Positions 53,469-64,000 of a DNA stretch of 64,000 nt are shown piece by piece. The first letter of the stretch is position 1, and every line of letters starts with the position of its first letter. Below the pieces are notes generated by a model. That model did no database searches and was not told the DNA's origin. It saw nothing but the letters and a program-made list of their open reading frames with translations. Made by a program: the position numbers and the translations under genes. Origin of the DNA: Paraspadella gotoi (taxonomy: Eukaryota > Animalia > Chaetognatha); the NCBI GenBank assembly GCA_051294375.1, contig CM119269.1, positions 14,581,918 through 14,645,917 of the forward strand. Direction: 5' to 3'.

Positions 53469-55189
53469 GCATAATGGAAACAAAAAATAATCTTAAAAAA
53501 ACATATCGCGCTATATATTTAAAGTATTTGATAAAGAGATAAAACTCACTTGAAATATTATTATATTTCGATTAAAACTACTACAGTGCATGTTCGATAC
53601 TGTTATATTATAAAGTGACGTTCCGTTTTATTGCCTTTTTGAAAAAGAGTGAATTTGCGTGACAAACATTTATAAATAAATAATTTATAGTTATTGAAAT
53701 AACTTTTAAATTAAAACGATCTGGTTTGCCTTGTTCTTTGTTCCGTTCGGATTGATTTGATTTTAAGCCGTTACTCTGCTACTTTGCTAGTTGTTCGTGG
53801 GTTTACCCTAACGGTATTTTGAATTCATACCCTCAAGAGAATTTTCAGAACAAAAATTATTTTTTTCCAAAGAGTATTCGTTGTATATTATTACTGTACG
53901 TTTATTATTAGTAACTAAAATGGTTTGTGAAGTTTATAATTTTTTTTAAAATCTAGTCATTTGTGGTGTTTTATTACGGTTTGCCTAGTAGATTATAGTT
54001 CTTCTGTATTTTCAATTTTTATAAAACACCGTTATCAATCACCTCCATTGGCATAAAACACTCTGACTGAACATTTACGTTGTACTCATATTTGAGTAAT
54101 ATATGTATTAAGTATAACATTCTAACATATGAAAAACCGCATAACGCACTCTTTAGTTAACTAGTAATATAAAAATTAGAGAGGAAACAATATTAACAGC
54201 TATTTAAATACATCTAACAGAAAAAACTGTTTCAACAAACGCATTTTGTAATAAACCAAGTTGGCACTCATATAATATGAAACTTTTAAAATGATTTTAA
54301 GTAGATAGATTTTATAAAGTGACACAATATTGAATTTTATGGCTCTTGTTTTGGGCCGGGCATATTGGTGGCTGAGGCAAAATAGAAGGGAAATATGAAA
54401 AAAAAGTAATTATATAAACTTAACGAAGTCACTTTTAAATCGGTTTAATTTTTTTTTAAACGGCCAATAGATCGAAAATACATATAATAAAATGCCATTT
54501 ATAAATATTTCCTTAAACCTTTTTATATCATTCTTTTAGTAATCAAAAACTTTTAAATTTAAGCTACAAAATGTAAATAACAGTGTAGTTTCCCCAATTA
54601 AATGCACTAAATCCAACACAAAAGATTTATGATGGTGGGATATTAAATTTATAATTATATTAAGATTGTGCGTTTGAGATAGATAGAGCGATCCGAATGA
54701 AGGGCTGAGAAAAGGTCAGGGTGAGTAAAAAAGAAGTATACAGAATGATTAAAAAAAGAACTCTAAAAAAAACTTTGGGGCTAGGAAAGGAAACATTTAA
54801 AATTATATATTGTCTAATGTAGACATTATGTAGAAACTTTCAGTACGTTGCGTTTAGAATTAGAAAAGAGTCTCAGTAATGTAATATTGTTTATGACTAG
54901 CAATATAGCAATACCTCATGTCATTAATTTGCGTCAAAAAAAAAAATTGTTTAAGTAACATTTTTGGATTCAAATCTAATCTCGAATTTGACTAAACGGT
55001 TCTGCTTTCAAATGTAGCTTTGATTTTATTTCTTCCTATAATTTATAAATATAACGATGACATGGTCATTCTTTTTCTTTATTAACATTCAATAAAAAGT
55101 AGTTTCATCCGGTTCGAACCGGTCGTAACTGGAATTTTCTCGAGGCAGCATGACGAGACAGCAAGAGATCATTTCATCATCCGAGCCTC

Positions 55190-55620
55190 GTTGCTTGCCA
55201 CAGCGTCGACCTCGCTCGCGTGCGCGCCGAGCAACCAGAATTCTTGACGCTGATTGGTTCTTTCTGCTTCCATAAAAACCGCGAGTGCGTCGTAACTGAC
55301 GTCACCGTAAACTATAGTGATTTCGATTGGCCGAGTCTTCGACAAGTTGGAAGTTTTCCATAAAGCAGTATTCTTTAGTTCTTATGGTGAAAGTTAGGGT
55401 GTCCTACGCTTTAAGCTGGTAAAGCTGAACAGGGATTCGTTGATTCGTAGTTTTTCAATGAGACCATCTTTGACGTCACGGTCGTAAACAGAAATAAGGT
55501 CACGAGGACGGAGAGAGGAACACGCTGTCTTGGAAGCGGCGCCTTTTTTTTTACGTCGGTCGAGAAAATAAGTCAAACATCGGTCGCCTCAGTTCGTTGA
55601 TCTTTTTCCGGGTGGGTTCT
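55190..55620. promoter_or_regulatory. CpG-rich promoter-like island between NCKX and SLC6 genes
   Basis: Two ATTGG (CCAAT) boxes at 55253 and 55326, two perfect CRE TGACGTCA at 55297 and 55471, in a locally GC/CpG-rich patch. Confidence 0.5.
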
Positions 55621-58600
55621 GGGTGAGATCCGGAGCTTTAGTTTTAATTAGGTAATAAAGCGTTTGCCGAGTTTGAATTCACTCTGCGGTTAAAAATTAA
55701 ATGACAGACTTGTTGACAAGAGTTATCCATTTATGGATTTTTGACATGTCAAAGCGTTTGTATAGGGCGTTTTATTGAAGGATTTTGGCGATTTCAAATT
55801 CAAGAAAAGTTTTTTTCATTTTTTTTTTTTTATTTGGTAATATCTTTTGCGAGTTCATTCAATAACTTAATTGCGGAAAACTTGGACAAATGTCAGTATA
55901 GACTAATTAAATAACACCTTGAATTTTCATACTTTATTTATGAATAATAATTTTGGGTAAATTTTAGGGGGGGTGAGGGTTAGGGGTGGTTAGGGTTAAA
56001 AGGGTTTATGGTACTTGGGAAGAATTTTTTTAAATTAAGTATTTTAATTATTTTTTAAAAGACGCCAATTCCCCGGTCGGCGAAAGTTTTGCCATAATTT
56101 ATATTTTCTAAATTTGTGTTAATAATTTTCTTTCCTTGACAATTAATTTGCCGACGATCGAAAATCATTCTTTTTTTTCAAAGACTTGGTGTTTAAAACA
56201 TTCAGCCTAAACTTAAACTTTAATGTTTTAATATTTTTTTTCTAGATATTTTGGTGCTGAGATACATACATGTACTTAAAAAATTATGCGAAAAAGTCCG
56301 ATATAGTTGAAATTTCATAAAATCGTTCATATAGCTTTTTAACTTCTGTCCTTTGTGGTCGTTTTTTCAAATCTTTCGTCACAGGTTCTAAAGTTTGTGA
56401 ATATTTGCTTATAAAATTCCAAATTATCACAGAAATAAGAACTTTTTTCGTTGTTACTTGTTTAAAACAAAATTTGCTCTTAACATCACCGCTGTCTTCC
56501 GAAAACAATTTAATGAAAAGCACATGCGATTCCGATTTCTGTTCTCCATCCAAAGCAACGATTGTAAACAGAAGTAGTTGTGAAAAGAGAACCCTATTTT
56601 TTTGTCTTTAAACCCTTTGCATTCATTTAATTTTTTATCTCAAATCGGAAGTTTGCTGTATTTTTTTAGTGCCCTTAGAGCTTAACCTGAAAAAAGAGAT
56701 TTACTATAATTTGTTTTCAACAAAATAAATATTGGATTTAATTTTTTTTTGTTTTTGGCCTTGAAAAGATGTATTAGGGTCATGCCTGGTCTTCTGCCGC
56801 GACCCAAACGTTTTTCGACATGCCCCATCGATAAATTACATGGCGGTTCAATTTGCCTTCTGTCGATAAAAATTTTTTAAAAACCGCAAAATTAAAGCGG
56901 GAAGCATAACGTTTTTTGAAGGGGTGCAGTCAGAAGTTTGCGATCCACGTGCTTGCTTCAAAACCGGGGTCGAAAGAGCTCTCGGCAAATTGAATCTCCG
57001 AAAAAAATTTGCTTTTAATTTGGGATTTGTCTTCAAAAAATTCTCTTTTTCATCTATGAACATTTTTTTCGTATCTATCGTTAGTTGGCAATCCCTCCAT
57101 ATTTCCAAGGAATTGTAAAGACGACCGAATTCCGGAAAAAACTGGTTGCTTGAACACGTGTCCTCTATTGAACATTAATTTTCCTGACTTAAATTTTTTA
57201 TGTATTCACAATAGTTGAATTGTATTTAATTTCGCATAAAATTGGATTTTTCAAATAATTTACAACGTAGTCTGAAAACTGCCATTGCTTCGATATTTGA
57301 TTTAAATCCTTTGATATCGTTTACTTTCAGTTTTATTAATCGGATTTTGTTTCAAAAATTTTAGAGCAGCTTTGAAAGAAAAAAAACGAAAAGAAAATTG
57401 GCACGAAATTTTAAATTCTTGGAGCCTCTACATAAGTTTCCACTTTCCAGTCTGACGACGACCGTAATCCCAACATCTTTAAAAAGAAATAAGAAAGTTT
57501 CATAATTAAGCCGTTAATAATTTAGGTAATTAAAATTTTGCTTCTGATTATATTTATATAGCGATCTTTGTCTCCGTTTTTTTTTTTCTTTTTCTTTTAA
57601 ATTTTAAAGAAGCGAAGTAAACTTCCTCCTTTTCTTTCCCACTCTATTTTATGATTCTCGAACCCACATTCGCCTTTAACATTTTTGCTCCCTGTTGCAA
57701 TAGCATACCTCCCTCGCGAAAAAAAACAAAACATTTAATGAGATTTTTAGTACGAAAGAACCTAAAATATTAAATATTAAAAAATCCGCCTTAACGATTA
57801 AGATGATGAAATTTGAAACTTCTTTCCAGCTCGTTCGCCATTGCTGCTGCGGGACTGCCGCAAGCTATCTCACATCCTCACCCGTGAAATCGTCTGCGGG
57901 GAAAGTTTTTTTTTCTTTTTCGGCGCTGAAAGAAACTCGAAACCTTCTCTCAATAAATTTATCAAAAAGGAAAAAAAAAGAAATAAAAATTGAGTCGCGA
58001 ATTTTTTACGAATAGTCACGTTGTCATGTTTTACTGACAACTTCAAGAAAATCCCATGAGCGTCAAAGAGCTTTTAACCCGACACAAAACCCAGAATATC
58101 TCCAACTTTTACAAGGTGAGAAGGATGAGGCTTTTTCAAAATCCAAAAAATAAATCTGTATTGGAAAAATTTAGCATTTACTATTTTCCAGTCAGTTATT
58201 TTTCTTTCTTTCGAGCAATGTATAGAAATTTTATTACCCACTCAAGTAAGAATCCTGGGCTGAAGTTAAATTTTCGTTGAATATAATCTGGTAATAGGGT
58301 TCAGCATTCTGCATTCTCATCTTTATTGCTTCACTAAATTTTTTTTAAGCCTTTGTCACTCATCAGAAATTGTGTTTTTTGAATTTAAGAGCCGGGACCA
58401 GAGCATAAATCATTAATTAAAGTAATGATGATAACAACCTACTGCGACGAATGTATTCGAATATAGAGATGCATTTGCTCTCTTCGCTTAGACCCCAAAG
58501 GTCAACGTCATCAATTATTAAAACAACTATTTTTTTTTCCTTAATACGTTCCTTCAGAAATTGTTTCTCGGTCCCAGAGGTCAAATCAAATGAGATTAAT

Positions 58601-60123
58601 CAAATCTTGTTGATTTTTTAATTGTGGGAACGGATTCGGTGCAGTTAATTTACGTTAACGAGCCACTTTGCTCTTTCTCGGCTCAATGAAGGACCATCCC
58701 CTCTGACCCTCTGAGCTTTGACCCTCTGACCTCCTTTGACCCTACAGTAGCGGTAGCCGACCAAATTTTAATGGGAACGCAGGAAACAAATCCATTATTG
58801 GTTATTGTTCTACAAAAACGTTCCGAACCACGAGTAATTTGCTAATTAAAAATTATTATATTGCTATATGTCAAAAAAATTTTTTGGATATTTTTAAGTT
58901 TTTTAATTGATTTCTGAGAGAGCTCCAAAAGTTAAGCAAAAAATGTAATTACTTTTTAAAATATTGATGATTTATTAGTGAAATTTAGCAAAAACTGTTA
59001 AAATAATCGGATGATGATGATGAGGATTTTTTTAAAAAGCTTTTCCCAATACTTAAAAAAGAAATATACTTTGTGTAGACAACTTTTCATAAGCTATCTG
59101 AATCTGCTTTTAAAAATAGAAAATTCAAGAAAACATATGACATTTCTTATCTATAAATATTTTATAAATAATTACTAGTGCTTCTAGCCATTTTTAAAAA
59201 AAAAAGGTCCATTGAAAGTTTTGTCAGAAAGGGAAGGTTCCCAAATGAAACTTCTGACCATTGACATAGATTGGTCCTACAAAGAATTGTTTTTCCTTTT
59301 CCCGTTCTCTTCGACCAGGACCCGGAACCGTCTTCCGTCGTCTCGAGCGAGGATTCGGCATCCGAGGTCGAGGACTAAAAAGGTCGCGGATTCGGTCGGA
59401 TCGCTGAGAGACGACTTTCTCCCGAAGGAGGAACCTCGTTTTAAATCCAAGTTAGCTACGTAGAAAAAAAAAGTTTTTATCGTTACATCCTCCAAGCTTT
59501 TTACGTACTTTTTCATCATATTGCGTCTTTTAATCACAAACCATATTTTTTTACCTTCTCAAGTCTAACATCTTTTAACAAGCCTAATATAACCATGTCG
59601 TGGCCTAAGGGTGCGTTTGCTTGCTATTTTTCTCTTACTTTTAGTCGTTTTTTTTCTTTCCCTTCTCTCTTCCTCCGTCTCTCTCTTCCTGTCCATCTCT
59701 ACTATTTTTAACTTGATCGTCTCACCCTTTCAACTTCTTGTTTTACCAATTTTAATTCTTATAGTTTAAACATGACGTTTTTAAAACATTTCTAATCAAA
59801 ACATGGTTAAATTTTATTCTCTTTCTCCACCCCCAGCTTCCGCTGATAACAATACTCAACTTCGATTCGGTCCAACTCATCGATCCGTTATCTCCAAATA
59901 ACTAATTAATCTCCAATTCACGAATCGACCGTCTCGCGGCCTTTCTTACCTAGAACCTCTTCGCAGCGAGGTCAAAAGATTAATTCCTCCATCCTATTCC
60001 CCCCAACGAGATTCTTCGCTCAAAAAAAAAACAACAAACAAACAAAAAACAATATACCTAAATAAAACATACAATCGTGCAATTAACAAATATAATCCCC
60101 GAGCTTCGTAAAATTACGAAACG

Positions 60124-63100
60124 ATGAATAAAGAAAAGATGCAGTTCACGGCTCTCACTACAACGGGATCCAATGACGCAATCGAAGGCCTCGATTCCCA
60201 TCCTCAGCACCTCAACTTTAGGTTGGTTATATAGCGAGATCCTCGGATGTTGTTTTTGTGTGACTCTTTTCCGGTAGAATATAAAAAAAATCTTATCCGA
60301 TCGTAGAGGTAGAATTGGAAAAGATCGGGGACGAATTTCGGATAATTTTTCCGATCCTTCAGGAAAGATGTCGAAGCGCCGGACGAGTTTCTCGCCAAAG
60401 AGGTGGATTCGGTCGGCAAGAGCGGCAAGGCCGGCGGCAAGGTCGACGTCGCCGCCGAACGCCCCTCTTGGGATAACAAGTGGGACTTTCTCATGGCGTG
60501 TTTGTCGTACGCCGTGGGACTGGGTACGCTTTGGCGTTTCCCTTATTTGGTTTACAGGTAATTCGTCCAGATTAGTAAAGAGGAAAAATGAAAGTCCAGG
60601 ATGACAGTCTTCTTCAGATACTTGTGCGATATCCCATAAGTTACCCTCCCTCGGCGATAGTTGACGACCGCGTGGTGCAAAACAGTTTCTACCCCGTTTT
60701 TTTTTTTTTTTTCGAAATTCCAATTCTAGGTTCTGGGGAAGAAGCCAAAAAACTTTCCCCCTTTCCTCTCCACTATGTCCAGTTTTTTGACATTGACTCG
60801 TTGTCTACAGACACGGAGGCGGAGCCTTCCTGATCCCCTACACCATCATGAATCTCGTCGCCGGAATTCCCCTCTTTCTCCTGGAAATGTCCATCGGACA
60901 AGTCGGTTCACTTATCTATTTTTTTTTTGGTATCGAACGAATGAAAAAAGACAAAACGTCCTTTTATATCAGTTCTCCTCGAGCGGAGTGATCAACGTTT
61001 GGCGCCTGAGCCCTCTGTTCAAAGGAGTGGGTTACGCGATGGTTTGCGTTTCTGGAATTTTGGCTCCCTACTACAATCTCATAATTGCTTGGAGCCTCGT
61101 CTATCTCGGCGCATCATTTACGCACACTCTTCCGTGGGCCCATTGCAATAATTACTGGAACACCGAAAACTGCAGGTAATGACCGAATTAACAAAATGTC
61201 TTGTACAACTGATATTACATTCTACCACGCATCTTCACAGCCATCATCACCAAGAAATGTTGGACGAGTCAAAGGCCAACTGCTCGCAAATTTACAACGG
61301 AACTTTCTCCAAGGGAGTTTGCTTCTTTAATGTTGGCAACCTGACAGAAAACGTCACCTTTCACAATCTCGCTCTCGAGGTGAATGAGAAAAACGCGATC
61401 GGGGTTTTGTTTCTCTACAATTCGTCGCGGTTAAGATTTTGTCTAATCTCGTCCCTTTTTCTCTTCTCTCAGTCTCCGGGCGATGAGTATTTTCACAAAG
61501 GAGTTTTGCAAATCACCGAAGGCCTGGAGGTCATGGGCGGATTGAGGTGGAAGCTCGTCCTCGCGCTCCTCGGCGCTTGGACCATAACTTTTCTAGTTAT
61601 TATTAAGGGTGAGAGGTCTTTCTTATTAATTTGGCTTGTCCGTTCTCATGCTTTTTTTTTTCGCTCTCGCAAAGTGTCGAGCCATGTAGATTGTAGAATA
61701 GGGTGGAGTGATGAAAAGATTGAGCGATTGAACATTTTTTTTTGTTGCTTATGAATGTTAAATCCTTTAATTTTTTTTTTAAGCATAACAGTATAGTAAA
61801 TTCAATTATTTATGTAGTTATATCCTTATAAAATCATAAAATTTCAAAATATTTTTTTTATTTTAAAAATGATTTGGATTCGCTATAAAAAAATTATGAA
61901 AGTTCTATAAAATATGTTTTAACATTTTAACATATATGTATTTTTACTACAGAAAATAAAAAAGTGCTGAATTTTCATCTTTTGATAATGTTTTATATTT
62001 TTGATTTAATTTTTTATAAAGAATCTGAATATTAATTAAAAGTTTAAAAAAAATTATTTTTAAAATTTATTATTTTATAAGAATATTACTACAAATATAT
62101 TGTATTTTATTATTCTGTTCTCGAGACTATATAAACAAAATATTTTTGTACTAATTAATCATACTATCTTATATCTATCTTATATCTTATATAATGACCC
62201 AAATAAATATTTTGTTCTTGAGTGCTCCAATCTAATGTAGAATTCCAATATTTGTCTCTTGGGATATATCGACCTCTTAAGAGGCTCTTTTCTATCCTTG
62301 ATTTATGTTAATCATTTTTATTTCGACAAAAATTACACAAAAATTGTTATGTCCCACACAGGCATCCAGTCTTCCGGCAAGGTTGCCTACTTCACGGCCG
62401 TTTTTCCTTATCTGGTCCTCGTGATCCTGCTTATCCGTGGCCTAACTCTTCCCGGTTACGAACGCGGGCTTGAGTTCTATCTTAAACCCGACTGGAGCAG
62501 GCTGAAGGATCCGCAAGTCTGGGGTGATGCGGCGGTTCAGGTCAGAATTTTCGCCTTGCTTTCTAATGAAGCGTGTCAACGAGCGAATCCTGCTTTTAAA
62601 TTTGTAAATTTAGATTAATAGTCTGACAGTTATTGCTCGACCTCAAAGTTAAGAATTTTTATTATGAAAATATACTTTTTATTTAACATCTAATTTTTTC
62701 GCAGGTGACATTCTCCCTTTCTTGCGGTTTCGGTGGCGTCTTGACCTTGGCGTCTTACAATAAATTCAAGAACAACTGCATCAAGGTATTATTCAGTTTT
62801 TACTTTGCAGTCCTAGCGATGAATTCGTTATAACTGGTACTAGTAATTAGCTGCGTTAATTAAGTTCTCACTTCTCAGTCTTGGTATGCGAGTTTAGTTG
62901 ACAAAGAAAAATGATAATATGAAGAATCGCTCTCTATTGCGTTCCAGAATTGTGGCTGTCACATTTTTCCTCATTTTCTCATTGATTTTTTAACAAATTT
63001 TTAAAAAATGGTCGCGGCCTTAAGCGGCGGTTGACCTCTGTCAGTGACTCTCATTAATTTTTGATTTATAACGCTTATATTAATCTTTGTAGTTTGTACA

Positions 63101-64000
63101 ATACATCCCAGTCCCAAAGATTCCCAAACTTCCAGTGTAGTTTTTATTATTAAATAAAATGAGTTAATAAATATTTATCCGGATAGGATACGTGGTTCAT
63201 CTGCGTGGTGACGTATCTGACAGCGATTTTCTCCGGTTTCGTCATCTTCTCTGTCTTGGGATTCATGTCCTACACATTGGACAAGCCGATTAAAGAAGTT
63301 GCCAGTCAAGGAGCCGGCCTGGCCTTCGTCATCTATCCGGAGGTAAACGATGGGGATTCTTTGCCGCTAAAAAACGAAAAACCGTATTAAATAATTAACT
63401 GGTTGCTCCTAGGCGATCGCCAACATGCCAGTCGCTCCTCTCTGGTCCGTACTTTTCTTCACCATGATTCTCACGTTGGGCGTCGGATCCCAGGTCAGTT
63501 ATTGCGTCGGTTATTTTTTTCTCGTCTTAATCACCTTTTTACCTTTTTTCCCCCCGATTTTCTCCGACTTTGCCAGATCGCCATCGTGACGACTGTGATT
63601 TCGACGATCGTTGACTCTTCTCCGAAGCTTCTTAATCGGCGTCTTCACTGCACGGCCGCTTTGTGCATTTTCGCCTTCTTGATCGGACTACCCTTGTGCT
63701 CCGGAGCGGGTGAGTTAATTAGGAAAGGATTTAAAAAAACAAAAAACTGTAGAAGCGCACGGGAACAGAAAATAAAAGAACAATGTATGTATATACGTGT
63801 ACGGGACGCGATTTTTTATCACAGGAATGATGAACTGTAGCAACATATCTTAAAAAAGTATGATTTTGCATTCTAACGTTAAATATTCCCCTAATTGCTC
63901 TTATCCACAGGAATGTACATCCTTCAGTTGTTGGACAATTACGTGGCAACTTGGTCCATCGTCATTATCTGCATCATGGAATGCTTCATCGTCACCTTCA
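60124..64000 (+). CDS. SLC6 (neurotransmitter:sodium symporter) family transporter, amino-acid (glycine/proline-like) branch, runs off window end; exons 60124-60221, 60363-60557, 60811-60901, 60973-61175, 61241-61379, 61473-61608, 62362-62540, 62705-62785, 63187-63342, 63413-63493, 63577-63709, 63911-64000+
   Basis: [163 protein letters not shown]. Phase-consistent GT-AG junctions. First exon and start codon are tentative. Confidence 0.92.

Noticed and set aside
61380-61472. Read-through of the 93-bp in-frame SLC6 intron as coding sequence
   Set aside because: Clear donor, pyrimidine tract and acceptor; splicing restores the conserved ..SPxxEYF context.

Overview
Intron-rich animal (metazoan) genomic DNA: AT-rich introns, (CT)n microsatellites, GT-AG spliced genes. 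The species cannot be determined from the sequence. Three + strand genes were assembled by hand with consistent splice phases: a 5'-truncated TTLL4-type tubulin polyglutamylase (8414-34670, with an ~18 kb intron), a complete 20-exon NCKX/SLC24 K+-dependent Na+/Ca2+ exchanger (44457-53468, ~975 aa), and a 3'-truncated SLC6 transporter (60124-64000+) whose Na1 and Cl- site residues are substituted. The most striking non-coding signal is a pair of miniature LTR retroelement families carrying Pol III gene cassettes inside their LTRs. One is a complete 649-bp TRIM (two 234-bp LTRs with a tRNA-Gly-like cloverleaf, PBS, PPT, 4-bp TSD) plus a solo LTR. The other is a solo LTR carrying a 5S-rRNA internal-control-region-like segment. 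Both read TATGG...CA with 4-bp TSDs. The giant TTLL4 intron also appears to host an antisense multi-exon gene with no domain I recognise. Tc1 remnants, MITEs and DINE-1/HINE-like elements are present. Coordinates were counted by hand; no database searches were run.
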